Part shown: in pieces, positions 1 through 13,680 of the stretch | Layout of the letters: every line of letters begins with the position of its first letter | How positions within the stretch are numbered: position 1 is the first letter of the stretch | Assembly (NCBI GenBank): GCA_965285935.1 | Contig: OZ260667.1 | Coordinates: 27,528,001 to 27,592,000 of the forward strand | Source of the DNA: Ophelia neglecta | Lineage: Eukaryota | Length of the DNA: 64,000 nt | Reading direction: 5' to 3' | Translations under genes and position numbers: made by a program | Notes under the pieces: model-generated | Seen by the model: only the letters and a program-made list of their open reading frames with translations | Told to the model about the DNA's origin: nothing | Database searches by the model: none

Positions 1-109
1 CAATAACATTACTTTTTGTTATATCTTGTACAGTGTACGCTCCCATACTATGGGGATCTTGGCCTATTAAAATCTAGTTTAAAGAGTGTAGATGCTTATT
101 CCGCTTTAC

Positions 110-248
110 CTGATTGTGTGGAAGACATCCAATGTGGTCTACAGTTACACGCCCTCCACACGGCGTCGCTTTGACACCGGGCTAAGCAGTCAAAAGCGAC
201 CTCTGGTGAGTTTGAGCAGCTGCCACTAGGTGGTGATTGCAGAGTAAT
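110..248 (-). CDS. DEG/ENaC channel exon 6 (start of Cys-rich thumb); gene continues beyond window start
   Basis: Not in the ORF track; translated by hand. Acceptor gaaggtag|ATT, donor CAG|GTAAAG, 139 nt. Encodes ITLQSPPSGSCSNSPEVAFDCLARCQSDAVWRACNCRPHWMSSTQS, with LxxPxGxC and CxxxC...CxC thumb motifs. Confidence 0.9.
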
Positions 249-1558
249 CTACCTTCAACACATCAAATATATCAACAAAGTGTCCACATGAGTGATTTTA
301 TATAAAATGTCCTGCCTTGGGGGAGAGGAAGTGTCCAATTGATAAATAAAAACACGAACAAGTAGCATTATTACTATATACTTTGTTCCTATATATAGTA
401 GGCCTAGTATTCTATTCATTTAGATAACTAAAGGTTATTTACGCATATCAACTACGGTTTCTTTTATCATGACAACAAGCGTGATTCGTGCTCGACTCAT
501 ATCAATCTATCTTCCCCTGCTTCAGAAGATACCTGTAATCAAATGCTGGTTTTCATAAGTCGCAGTTTTGTTGCAGGGGAAATTTGAGAATCGCAGCCCC
601 ATTTTATTCTCCTAACGGGACCGACCTGATCCGTTTACATTGATATCGATGTGACAAAACTTCGCCTGGCAGTATACTGCCATCAGGTAGGCCCTACGTG
701 CGGCTGACAGTGTTGGCCACCTGTACTTTCCCAGGCGCAAATTAACAATGTTAATGTTCCCAAAAAACATCGTGATCTTTTTTAGACAATTTTGCGTCTG
801 TCACTTACAATTTCTAAAACCTGAACCTGTTGCTCAGACACGCCTTTTTTTAAACCTTATATTTATTGTCCTGTCCCTACATATACGAATTCTTCCGAAA
901 TCTAAACGGAAACAATTGGCAGGGTACAAAGCTTTAGAATAGCCGCGAAACAAAAAAACATACTGAACTTATGCTTGTTACTATTTAGAATGAGGACATA
1001 CTAATGTTATAGGCCACGAGTAAAAGCAACGTTGGCACGCCTACGAACAATTTCCCGCGGTGATTAGGTGATTAACAAAATAGATTGCTCCTTCGAGGGT
1101 TAAAATGTCATGGAATTTGTCACTTAGAACAATTGGCAATCTACTGAGTTGAGCAAGCCACTTTGTAATGTGAACGCTGAGTAAGGTCGGATGAGTTGGG
1201 CTAAGTGGCAAAAATGTAAAATACTTGTTTAAAACACGTAAAAAATACTAAAAAATAAGCCAGACACGAAATTGATATTTACCAGGGCAGGCAATGTCTT
1301 TTGGTCAATTCAACAATACAATTTAAGATATTCATTCTGATCAGTTAGAACAGTCATGGTCCAGTTAAGGCTAATTGGAAGTGAAGCTGATGAATTAACC
1401 AGGTGGCACTACGGTCATTCAATAGTCACATGGGTTTATTGACCGGCCATATGTCATTCGTGGACGAATCACATGACCTGATCCAACCAATCAAAATGCA
1501 TGTATAATAATAATCAACGTTCAATGATCAAAAGATATAATATTTTTCGTAAACTGAC

Positions 1559-1746
1559 CTTGGTGGGAGTGACCGTGATAAAGGCGTTGATTCCTGGGGG
1601 GACCATGAGGGACTTGGACAGCAGGGAGGGGTGCTCCTCGCCCGGGTGAGTTATAACTCGCACCCCGGGGCCGTATTTTTCATCTAAATTACTGTACTCG
1701 TAGTGCTCTACGTTGAGCAACAACTTCAAAGTGCGTGGTAGTGAGT
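1559..1746 (-). CDS. DEG/ENaC channel exon 5 (palm/beta-ball)
   Basis: Acceptor attatttcag|A, donor AAG|GTCAGT, 188 nt, phase 1-0. Encodes (D)SLPRTLKLLLNVEHYEY...GPGVRVITHPGEEHPSLLSKSLMVPPGINAFITVTPTK, with LxxxxxEY, GxRVxxH and VPPG motifs. Confidence 0.94.
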
Positions 1747-4647
1747 CTGAAATAATTTTCATTCTAACATAATTATTATACAGATATATATATATATCAA
1801 TACATATCATATATTCCTTACCCTTAAGGGTATAACTGGTGTTTTTGTTATGCCGAGTGAGATTCACCATCCCTGGGTTACTTATATTGACCGGCATCAC
1901 CCCTTTTTTCTTAAATAATGTGTACGATGAAGAAATAAATAGCAGTTTAGCGTTACTGGCCTCTCAATGGTAAACAGTGTTAGGTTAGCTCATATAAATA
2001 ACGTTATGTTTGACTTGATGCAGATTGGACATTTATTTATTTAATATATTATATTTCTTGCAGGCGATGGACGAGTAAAGAAGGGTTACAACTTTGAGAC
2101 TTAAAGGTCAGCCGCTATACACAGCTCAATTTGATATCAATTTGAACCTTGGCTTAGGCTTTCAGACCGAACGTCTTGTAAACTATCTTTTCAAGATTTC
2201 ATGATGAGCTCTGACACAGGTCCTCAATTTCCCCTTCCAAACGATCCAGGTCACAGATTAAAGATACATTTTCAGCAGATTACATGCAGAATTTAAAAGT
2301 CTAGGTTGACTTGATAACGGTTGTTAATTATTTGGTGATCGCTTAGATTAATAGTTGTTTCATTGTTTTAAAAGATATAATGCTGATACATGTAGTCATT
2401 TGGCATATGTTCTTGTTCTCCTACTTCACCAAACTTCCTCTATGGTAACTCTGGGCCGGGTTTTTCAATGACACCATGTCAACCCGGTGCCATGATTATA
2501 CATGTAGTTGTATCCCATCAGCAGCTGGCGTGTCTTTTTTTTCGATATGTATTTAAACCGCCATTTTTATGGATTATATAACCGCCTTTTTTTAGGACGA
2601 TGATAATGGACTTGCTAAAACGCACATATTCCATTGCCTTCAGACCCGTGGACCCATGTTCACTATTTTAAGATTGTGAATGTTTTGCCGCAGATGGGAT
2701 ACCCAGAATAGGCATTAGGCAGGATTAGAAAACGTATGTCTACGAGAAAAAGGTGACTATAAGATCACAATCTTCTTTTATGCCATGAGGTGCTATAAAG
2801 AGGCTGTATGTAAAGGTAAGGTTGTATAGTTTGTCTGACTGACTGTGAAGAGCTAGAAGTCGCCACATTAAATATCCAGGCAGGTTACCTATCATGCGCT
2901 CAGATACATCTAGTTACTAGTGAGGCCGAGGGGAGGGGCTGGGGCTGTCTTAAGATTTAACCACCATATTAAAACTATACTGTAATATTGTTCCCATTTC
3001 AGAACACATCTATGTCCGACAAGAGCGCTGCTTCTAAATTTCCAAAGATGTCACGTTTAGTTAGAATTCAATATCTTTGTCACATAAATTTCCTGCAGAC
3101 TGCCACCAGTCGAACAGCGATGCAAAAAATCAAATTACTCCCATCACCTTGAGGGGCCCTAACGACATAAATATTGCACTGTTTATACCGATATTGTATT
3201 GCCCAGGTCCACAATTATAATTATAGAGATGTATCATTGCTGGAAATAGGAAAGATTTGCCAACACAAGAAATACTGTTCAAGGTAAAATTCAACAAAAT
3301 AGAAAGCTGCCTAATTCAGCAAAAGTAACGCTATAGTTAATGCCTTTTTCTAAGGATATGGGCGGAAAGAATGTTTTGAACAGTGTAAACGACGTTGTGA
3401 GATATATATGTAGAGATAGCGTGCTTGATGGATGAGGCAGCAAAAAATTCAACTTAGCCCATACAAAGTGATGTATTATATTATCCACTACCCAGTAAGT
3501 GCATTGTCGTATCTCTGTTCTGGAAGGAATATCCCGCCAAGTGTTTATATTATAATCTCAATTTTAGGTCTATATTTTTATTTAAAACCTTGACAGTTCT
3601 AATAATAGATAAAAAATGCTTGAAATTTCTTTCGGCTTCAATCAAAAGTTTTCTAGTGTTGGATATTTTCTTTCATTGTTTCGTCGTTCTTGACCGCTGA
3701 AGCAGTGGTCAAGATTTAATAATGATAAATCCATCTTTTAAAACTAGGTTGTGGCTACAAGTGAGGATAAAATAGAGTGACTTGGTGAATGTAGGAGTAT
3801 TTTGTGTAGATTTAACTACTGATAAGAAGCACAATTTGTATGTCATTTACGGCATCGTTTTCTGTGATGATATGACTGTACATTTATAAGAAGGTTGATT
3901 AATATCCAATTTATGTACTTTGCAGACAAGTTCACGTCCACATTATAGGCCTGTAGCATTAATGCTCGGGAGGTTTTCAGTTAGAGAATGATTAATCATT
4001 TAGATAAAGATCGTTATTTTTTATATGTACCTAAAATATAGGAGCCCAATTCATTAAAATTCATTAACTATTTGCCAAGCCACTAAAAACGAACAAGGAT
4101 AGAGAAATTTCACCATTCTCACGGTGTTACCATGAACATCAGCCAAAGATTCTTCATGAAAAGTAAAAGCCTCCCCCCCCCCCCTTCACGGCCCATCATA
4201 TTTGATAAACATATTGGTGTCTTGTATTTCAAATTGAAACATTGTAGCTTTAAAAACATCAGGAAACACTACAGATATATGTTACTTCCTCTGTTACCAA
4301 CATCGATATGTGATGAGATATTGTATACAATAGACTAAACTTGAAAGCCAAAGTCACCTGACTAAAATTGGTAGCAAATACAAGTGTGTATGATAAAACA
4401 ATATCTTATAATATATAAGCCCCTATCCTATAATATATAAGCCCCTATCGCTACTCATCAAGGGCTTTTTAAGACGGAGCATCGCAAGCCTGGCCACAGC
4501 ATCGTCCCTCGGTTAACAACACTGCCGGGCAAACCAAATGCCACATTTAGATTTAAGTGAATTGACCTTTAAGACTTCGGACTGGTAAATAAATTGCGAG
4601 TGATATATTGGAGAAAGGTATAGAGAGCCATAGAGTTTTCTTCTTAC

Positions 4648-4754
4648 CTTTGTGGCGATTAAGACGCGAACTGTTCAGGGTAAAGCACGCCCCGTCTTCA
4701 ATAAGTGAGAGTGAAAAGTTCAGAGCTGTACATTCCCGGTCAGCTGACTTACAA
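4648..4754 (-). CDS. DEG/ENaC channel exon 4
   Basis: Acceptor ttttatattttag|T, donor AAG|GTAAGA, 107 nt, phase 2-1. Encodes (S)CKSADRECTALNFSLSLIEDGACFTLNSSRLNRHK, with a GxCxTxN motif. Confidence 0.93.
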
Positions 4755-5614
4755 CTAAAATATAAAACCAATTCTCTCAATTTTGTGTAGTCAGTCATTG
4801 TTGTAGCGAAGAAAGCCAACTATACGCACATAGGAGTGCGCTTACGTACATAACGCTCTAACGAGTTAACCCCGCTTAAGGCCAAAAGGTCTTTTCTTAA
4901 AAAGTCATATTCGAGGCCTATAATGAAACGACCAAGTGCAACTTAAAGGGAAACGAGATTATACCGCTCTGCAGTTTACGTCAACTGTTCTTTTCCTAGA
5001 CACCCATACATTTGGCTATAAAATTTAGAAACTGAGTATAAACCGGTTCTTTTAGTCTCTGAACAGCCCAAACGACTGACTACCGAAACATAAAAGAAAA
5101 CATAAAAAGCGCAGAACACTCAGGGAGTGGTGATACATCACGCGTAACCGTAGCTGGTAAGAACGCCATTAGAACTGCCTGGAAATGCGAAACTAACGTT
5201 ACATTTTTTATTCTCAATGACTCGCGCATTACAGTAACCATGCAAGTGTCGTTTGAACGTTATGAATGCCAATGCTCCATTTCAGCCGCCATTTTCTTCG
5301 TACTTTGAATAATTTGCGCCCTTTCGATTACACATAATGTCTTCCAAGGGCACAACGCGTTATCCTTCGGAATGCAAAAATACCATCCATTTTTCAAAAT
5401 GTAACAGATGACAAAATTGTTGCTAGGCAAATTAGAAAAATCATGATGTAGTGGCTTTCGTTTAAACGTTTTTTGTGGTAATACCTCAGATCTTCCGAGT
5501 TTCTGAAGTTGGAAGCGGTAGTTGGTGATCGTATTGGTCTAAGAAACAGGACAACTGTGAACAGGCACAGTTAAGTCGGGCGCACAAACTCTCTTAACCG
5601 TGTCTAGTATTTAC

Positions 5615-5767
5615 CTCAGCAGCATGTCTTTGATGGAGTGCCCAGTTGAAGCATATATTTCCCTCGAGGTGGCATTGATGGTCTGCTTATTTCCGCCAGA
5701 TGATTCTTCTGGGTTGTACATTTGGTACAACCAGGGGTACCAACCCCGTCTGGTCAGCTCTGAGATT
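5615..5767 (-). CDS. DEG/ENaC channel exon 3 (finger domain)
   Basis: Acceptor tgttatcag|A, donor AG|GTAAAT, 153 nt, phase 2-2. Encodes ISELTRRGWYPWLYQMYNPEE...ASTGHSIKDMLL, with the conserved GHxxxDMLLxC motif. Confidence 0.93.
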
Positions 5768-6025
5768 CTGATAACAGCAGTATAATACTGGTCAAATTGA
5801 CAACGAACATAATTTAAGCATATCGTTTTAAAACCAATCAACTGCCTGGTCAAGTCCAACATTCGTAACAAAATATGGCATTAATTTTACTCCTGCATAC
5901 GGTTAATGGCATTATGCAAATAATAAATATACCATAATAATGTATTGATATAGAAACATTGTTCATTGCTGTTGTAGAATACATCACTTATCGGTAACAT
6001 TGTTTTTCCTTGAAGGCTATCAGAC

Positions 6026-6193
6026 CTGAAGGGATTTCGGTTGCAGATGGTGACACTGGGGAAGGGCACGTCTGTCCCGCGGATAAACTTGTGAGAGGTG
6101 GACACGGGTTCTGTCAGGTAATAGATCAAACAGCACAGAAACTGGTAGATGAATGCAGCGGTAGCCAGCACCAACACTCCGCTCCATACACAC
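6026..6193 (-). CDS. DEG/ENaC channel exon 2 (TM1 and post-TM1 FPxxTxCN motif)
   Basis: Acceptor tgtatttttag|G, donor AG|GTCTG, 168 nt. Encodes (R)CVWSGVLVLATAAFIYQFLCCLIYYLTEPVSTSHKFIRGTDVPFPSVTICNRNPF(R). FPSVTICNxNPFR is diagnostic of the family. Confidence 0.96.
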
Positions 6194-6329
6194 CTAAAAA
6201 TACAAACAGAAAAATACTCATATATAGATGATAAGTAAAACCTTTAAGGAGAACGGCATTGACAAAATGGCTCCGTAAATATATCAAAAAACACAACTCC
6301 TGTCTATGATGAAAGAGTAAAGATATGTA

Positions 6330-6727
6330 AAGGCCAAGTCTCGGGTAAATACGCTCACGTGACTACACCCCCGAGGTTTACGTTAAACGATAAACGTCGA
6401 TTATACTGCGTCGGGCGACTGTGAATACCATCCCAGCAAAAAAACTTGATCGTTTTTCAATCGAATTTTATCGTTTTTCTATTTCAAATTTTGCCAAAGA
6501 GTGCCGGCGCAATGAATAATAAAAACGACTTCATATTGCTTCCCCGCTAGTTCGCCCAGCATGTAGGCATACACTATTCCTAGACAAGATTCCTGAGCGC
6601 AAATATCTAAATAGAAAACATACGCGGTGAACATTTAACTCTCCGCACACAACTGGTCTCAGTTCGCGTACAATAAATAGGGCGAGTCTTGGAGCCATCC
6701 AGGCCGATTTGACCCGAGAGGCCATAA
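6330..6727. mobile_element. Possible degenerate MITE
   Basis: Imperfect inverted ends ggccaagtctcgggtaaat / atttgacccgagaggcc around ~400 bp. No clear TSD. Confidence 0.4.
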
Positions 6728-7389
6728 AGCTGGCTTCACGGATTCGGGAGGGTAGCGTTACTGCCTATAAGATAAAAGCGGGTACAAAGCGGTTGTTAAT
6801 GTCTGAAATTTTAGTACGTGCCGCGGTGGCCAACATTTACTTTTTTACCTGATAAAGTTTGACAATCGATAGCATAGTAATAAAGGACCATCGATGCTCT
6901 CACAAGGAATATAGGCCTACTTAAAATATAAGTATAATGTGAAATACAACGTCTAGACATTATGACTCCCATAAAAATAGGTAGATAAGTTCAGTTTGGT
7001 TTCAGGGGCTACCCACATGCCTATATGTGATAGCAATTTTGTTAGGTAACACGATGCTTAAAGCCACACAGCTCTTTGATGGTGGTTTCGGATTCTCGAA
7101 TGCTAAGCAAGCTACATAACTTGTGGTATTATAGGCCTTCATGTATCATGAGGCTGTTTGGGTATCAATGCTATGCGTTATAACTATGATTATGAAAAGA
7201 ATGTTTGGGTATCTGATTCCAGGCTATAGGAATGTTTCAGTAAAACGGAAGAATAATGCTTATGTTCCAAATGTTGGCTTAAAACATGTCCATATTACTA
7301 CGAGGTAGAGATCCCTTGTGGTTCCAGGCGGCCCTATAAGGAGAGGTATTCTAAGTAGTAGAGTTTCCTTAAGAGCTAAAGATGCAAGT

Positions 7390-7680
7390 GTATACACATG
7401 TATTGTATGTGGTATCTCCGTGGTATGGGGCCCTTAGCATACAGAGTTTCAGAAAACCGTATATATACATTGTATTCTATGTGGTATGGGTCCCTAAATG
7501 TGTTCTCAATGTGGAATGGGTTCCCTTATAGCTACAGACTCTTTACACGACGTGTATTCTCCCTGGTATAAGACCCTAAAGAGTTTCAGAAGACTGTACG
7601 TGTATTCTGTGAGGTATGGGGTCCCTTGAAATTACAGACACCGTCTATACACTTGTGTTCTATTTCGTGTGGGGTCCATT
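7390..7680. repeat. Degenerate minisatellite
   Basis: Recurring tgtattct(a/g)tgtggtatggg(g)tccct and acagagtttcagaa blocks. Confidence 0.7.
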
Positions 7681-7869
7681 AAGTTCTAAAAGGGCTATGA
7701 CGCCTGTTTATAAGCATGTCCGACATGCATATCATCAAAAAGGGTCGTTTGAGGGTTTCCGTGACATGGATTATCTTTCAGCTCTTCGTGACATGAGGAC
7801 ATTTGCTATGGATGACACGGCTCATTTAAAATTGAGCGTGTGCCATTAGCAATGATTGTCTATCTTTAT

Positions 7870-10100
7870 ATATAGTGCTTTATCCAAACAATTTTGGCAG
7901 CAATAATTTGCGGCATCAGCTCAATATTGAAGGAGATGATAAGCTTCCATCATACACTCAAATGAAGTCAATTATAGCAAGATGCACCGATTCGAATCCT
8001 GCCAAGAAACCAATTTGTCCTAGGTTTTGGAGGCAATATTCTGATTTCACGGAACGCCAATGCTGAAAGCATGTTATTTGCAGATCATAAATACACCCAT
8101 GTCGAGGACCCCCATAGTGAGAAAACACTATTATAACAAGAGGGATGAAAAAACGGTGACCTCTTCTTGTTCTGTCTGTTACACGTGGATTTTCCGTGTA
8201 ATTCACCCTGGGATCTCTCACACATTGAAGAAAGCGTCTGATTTCCCGGAGGATACCATGCGAAAGGCGAGACATTGAGAGCAATTCATCCCCATTTGCA
8301 ATGCCGGCGCCAGTAATAAGGTACTGCAAGCGGCAAATGCCAAAAAGCTGCAGGCCTGGTATTTGCTTGTTGCATCGAATCCCAACCTCGTGTTTAAAAG
8401 TGGGCACCGAGAAATAGTTCAGTTCGGTTTAATACCTCGTGTACCAGTTCAGATGCTCTCCTATCGACAAAACATTTTCCTCTGAGACGGGCAAAACAGA
8501 AGCGATCGAGAGAGAGGGTTTTAATTACATATCTTGACTAATTGGCATGGGACCTCTTGTTTTAGCATACACCGCACACTTCCTTCAGGTCTAATAAAGC
8601 AAGGCTCGACTATGTCTGCTCCAATATTTATGTACAAGACACATCTCTTCATTAGGCCAGACAGGTCGGATATACTATAAAGCTTTGTAAATGGGGTGGG
8701 GACTTTATTTTGTCTAATTAATTGCCAATTTCTTTTTTATGGTCTTGCTGTCTTCTGGTTTTTATCTTGCATTGTCGGTGAAATGATCATCGATCACACT
8801 AGCTGTGACAACACGAGGAGACTTGTTCTTCTTCGGTTCTGATGAGGATTCGCCTGACAAGTCCTGGCGGTTTGTAATAATTCATAGCATCTACTGCTCA
8901 CCGCCATATTGGGTCAAAACTCCCATGATCAATTCATAATATCTTCGACATGTTAATCAGTGCCCTAAACTCCGTGTACTAGCAAAATCCGCGCTGCTCA
9001 CTATTTTATAGATTCTTCATCAATAACTGCCTGAAATTAAAATCCTCCAGGCTAGAGCATCGTGTTTTGGTGATGCTTTGCCCTATGTGCCAGTTTTATC
9101 CATGATGGTGATGTAGAATGAAAAAGAATTCGACAGCCCCAATCAAACGCCTTTGGGGGAACATAATACCGAATCATTCTTGCCATTACCCCAAAGGGAA
9201 ACACTGCCACAGAATAACAGGTAGTTTTGCTACCTTGCACTTCTGAGAATCCAAATTGCCTGTTTGGAGATAAAATCTCTGCTTCAGGGAGATCGACATA
9301 TGGGCTATGTACTTTGTGGCTCGTTCGCATGCAAGAACACGTCGTAGGCCGGCAATAACGGCAACATCCCAAGCACACACCCACCATCCGTGGCCCGGTT
9401 AAACCACAGTCTCAGTCTACAAGGGCCAGATTACCAATAGGGTCTCCTCTTGTTTGGTAATCATATTCATTAACTAAATACCATTTCCATGAGCTCCCAA
9501 GGAAGGTTTGATTACGGAGACCAACGTCCAAGGTCTCCTAAAGTTCACATGTATTTAATTTCAAACGATGGGTTAGTAGCTATGGGTACGATGAATACAA
9601 CACGCAATGAAGTTAAGATGCTAATATGGCCTTGTCTGTAATCCGGCAAGGTGTGAGGAATCTTCAACAAGGATTTCAATTGACAAAAACTCTCTCCCTA
9701 TCTCTTTTAATCAGTGCCCTCAGTATTCATCTTGATTAACTTTGTAATCCAATTTCGGCTTTAATTTCACCGCTTGGCTTAACGAAAAAAGCCTCTCAAA
9801 CAAATTTATATTGGGAGAAGTTCCTGTCTTTTTCTTGGAAAGAAGATCGCTTTTTTTTTCTAAAAAGTCGTAAAAGACTGTAGATGGAATCAAGGGGTGA
9901 CAGACGAAGGGCATCAAAAGAGACTCTTTCTTTAAAGATGTCCATAAGGGGCTGAATATCGACCAGTTTGAAAGTGAATTTCCAGAAGTTCCTCAAACCT
10001 AGAGGATTAGCCATTCTATTATATCTCCCCAGAGAGCAGGTGGCCCAAAGCCACAGAATATAAAAAAGGATCCAAAAGATCTCGGCATTTAGTAAAGGCA
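7870..10100 (-). mobile_element. Ancient L1/Tx1-clade LINE ORF2 remnant
   Basis: Colinear degenerate motifs on the minus strand: NFWKF (~9985), KAFD (~9150), SWIKL (~9100), DKLVSWQ (~8010), IIDFI* (~7965), AAKIVWIKHY (~7885). Many frameshifts and stops. Confidence 0.55.
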
Positions 10101-12785
10101 AATTCCCCTAGTTCATACCTACAACTTATGGCACACAGGTATGCCACCCAGGCCAATCTGGAGGCCCGGTCTGGTGGTAACCAGTGAATGAGGAACACAG
10201 GTTATATTTCAAATGATTTTCTATCTGGAGTACGGCGTTTTGTCTTAGTGAGACTGTCTTCTCGTGCCGGCAGGCATATCGTTCATCGTCTCTTACATCG
10301 ACCGCGAAACACACTCCAATAGGCGTGTTATGGCTGCCGACATAGACGTGTCTCTCTAGAAATCAAGCACCACACATCGGAAGCTGGCTGAAGGTAAGTG
10401 GAAATGGCGCACGATTCCACACTTAAGCCTTCAAAGAGAATGTTGACTTTGTGCCCAAATCAAAGTGGTTCTACCCTTCTCCTCTGATAGAACGTAAAAA
10501 TAGGACGTTAGCCGTTGAACATTATATCGCAATTATAATTCCCAATAAAACATGCCTTCACTTCCAGCATTTTCAATCCATCGCCGGCTTGTAATTATCA
10601 AATCGAATGAACGCGACACCCACTTTTTTGTTTGGGCGAGGACAAAGCCTACAGATGGTTCGAAATTACCAAACAATACTATAAGTATAATTATTAAGTG
10701 CCGGACCTATAATGGCATTGAAGACATCAAGGCATTTTATGTCATCACTCGCAGCCATCAACTACTTCACGAGCGCATTGACTGTCATCAGTGTGGGGAC
10801 TTTATCATCAATTGTCATCAGCGGCCTGAACTAGATAAGTGCGTGTAGGAGTCTACCCGAGCGACAGGTAAAAATTGTATCAATTTAGTATGGAAATGAA
10901 TAAAGAACCATATCTAAGTCGCCATTATATGAACGAAGAGATGACAGATATGTCATTTCCCTTTCAGCATATAAAACGGCTATTATAAGTCCGACTTTTT
11001 ACAGAAATAACATCAAAGCAGGATTGATACACAATCCAGTCAGTTATGGCGCTCACGTCATGTACACTTATAAACAAATGGATTGCGACATTTTTATCAG
11101 AGCAGTCAATCTGTTACTGAGCCCAGGGGACATCAGCGGCCATATTATAACACGTCTAAGTGTTATGCAGACAATCGACTTGTCTTTAATTGCATTGTGC
11201 AGATGTCTGGAATATATCTTTTCTAGGGGGCGAGGGACGTGGGTGGGTGGCTTACATTAAATAACTTGTCCTTAGGTCTAAGGGTGTGTTCAGTATTAAC
11301 ATCCGGGGGGCGGCAAATATGGAACCGATATTGCCGAAATTGTTTGACTGCCCTGATATCCCACTCATATAATGTGAAACGTTTTGACCCCCCCCCCCCT
11401 CCCCTCCCCCAATGTCCATCTCGAAACTTGTTTGCCTCCCACCTTAATATTTAATCCCCCAACGCTAATAATTCCAAAATGTCTTTCTGATTTAGTCACT
11501 TAATAGCTTACCATATATTCTATGCCAATTGGCCGCCAACTAACTTGTTCACAAGCCAATTCCTCTATTGTTGCATTTTTGCAATGGTGCTATAGTGGCA
11601 ATAGAAACATCACAAGTTACCTTTCATGAATTTGTTTGCCAGAAATATCGTCGATCTGTCTTCGTAGCTCTAAAGCCTGTGTGACATTGCGGACTTCAGT
11701 GGTAGCTTGTTCACTTGAGTGCCGGGATAGACCGCTTACTCGACAATAGTAGAGGATTAGCAGACGACACGACTACAGAGTACGAAAACAGCACTGTCTC
11801 ACTTGATACATTGTCCTGCCCCACAGCTTCTCTGCGAGTTAACTACTGAGAGGAAAAATTGCTTCCCAACTGCATTGTTAACTGCGGCCTTCCTTTAACC
11901 ATAATTATTTGCCGCATTAATGTTAAGACTGTGACATTTCTCTTCTCTTCTATTTTCTACCTTTTCCACGAGTGATGAGACGGATGTTGACTGGCTGAGA
12001 TAGTCCTCGTAGTTGGCCCTGTGTACGGCTATATCGATAACACTCCGACTCATCCGAAAATGTACTGTATGCGGGAGTAATTATAATGAAGGCCGGCTGG
12101 CTACAGAGAGCCTAATGTCTTTTGGCTGAATATTGAAACAGAACAGGGAAACACAATTACATGGCAGGAGATCTGTAAATGAAGCGGAAATCGCCGTAAC
12201 TTGTGAGATTTTTTTTCGGAAGACTGATGCAGTCTTCGGAACCATCGTCTTCTAATAAGGGCTTCCTCCTATAGGTGCAGCAAACAAACCAGAAGTTTTC
12301 CAGTTTTGTAGCCACCGAGGTCATTAGCTATACAAAAGACCACGTGGCTGATGAAGCAAGCGGCTAAGCATTCTATCAAACACTAAACGTCACTTTAGGA
12401 GTCAGTGCAAAGAGCAGTGTAGTAAATAGATCCGCCTCTCGTTAATCCGCCACAAATTACCCACATTGCCCACTCTAATGATCTCAATTCAGTCAGAAAT
12501 GGACCATATGTCGCTGAACGCCTAATTGTACTCAGTTGAAAGTCTACCGAGGTACAATCCATGCCCTGTACATACCATCAGTTAAAGGGTTGGCAAGGCC
12601 AACAATATTGTCATATGTTACAATGTCCATGGCTTGCCATATCATGTTGAATCTATAAAAAATATATCTAAGGCATAATTTAAATAATTTTAAGAATGCC
12701 TGCATTTGGAGAACAATTATCGCCGGTCTAGAATAGGTGCCATTTATATGACAACATAACCAACCCTATTCACAGAATGTATATA

Positions 12786-12963
12786 CAGTGAAACATGTGA
12801 ATTAAGACCACCAAAGGGACTGGAAAATACTGGTCTGATTTCAGAGGTGGTCTGTATAAACAGATGATTTAACATTGAAATTATACAGCATGGTCCTCAT
12901 ATAAGTGGTCTGAATTGACAGGTGGTCTAGTTAAAGAGGTGGTCTTTAAGGAAGGTTTCATTG
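12786..12963. mobile_element. 178-bp Tc1/mariner(pogo)-type MITE, copy 1
   Basis: TA-CAGTGAAAC...AAGACCACC at the left and GGTGGTCTTTA...GTTTCATTG-TA at the right. Internal GTGGTC repeats. Colinear with the copy at 41001. Confidence 0.85.
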
Positions 12964-13489
12964 TATTACCTTTTTAAATCTGACCTCTCGTGAGAAACCT
13001 ATATGCAGTTTAGTAATTGTGATACAAGACATACCGTAGCAAAAGCTTGGCTTCAGTAGCCATTCCCTCGAAATTTAAGTTAAGGGGCCTAATCACCGCT
13101 ACGCCTTCGTGTCGAAGAAAGAATATAAATTATGTAAAATTATGGGACCGGTGTCGGCCGGGAGATCCATTTCCTTGTTGTGTCCATATTTTGATAAAAT
13201 TTGCTATGCTTTTCTCTCTCTAATACAGCCTTACTCAGGAAGAATTGAATGCATTTAATGTGTCCCCGAATTATACGTTCTATATATGTCTATTTCCTTG
13301 CTTGGCAAGATCCTTGAATCCATTAAAACAACGGCCTAGATAAATTGTTAAATCTGTGCCCATGGAAAAACTGTCGATCATAAATTAACAGGTTATATCC
13401 AGCTGTTTGATATAACGTCTTATATTCATAAGAACCATTTATTCATACATAATTTATTCGATGAAATATATAACAATTTGTGTCAATTA

Positions 13490-13680
13490 TTTATCGTCGG
13501 GTCTTGAGATTGTTCCACGAACTACTGTGCAAAATAAAAAGTCTAGTCGGTGTTTTGGATATTTCTCTGATAAACGACTGTATAGTTTTAAATGAGTTTA
13601 AAAAGCTTCATAACATAGTATTGCAATATTTAATTTCAAACTTGGGCGCCTATACAGTAGTTAGTTTTATGAGTTCGTAA
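13490..13680 (-). mobile_element. Possible CR1-like LINE 3' end remnant
   Basis: TFYF..(frameshift)..SWNNL resembles the ORF2 terminal xFxxxxxxxWNxL motif. Short match only. Confidence 0.35.

Noticed and set aside
11621-11772. Exon-like segment on the gene strand (tag|...GAAAG|gtaact)
   Set aside because: 152 nt would shift the frame if included, it has no in-frame ATG, and it shows no DEG/ENaC similarity.
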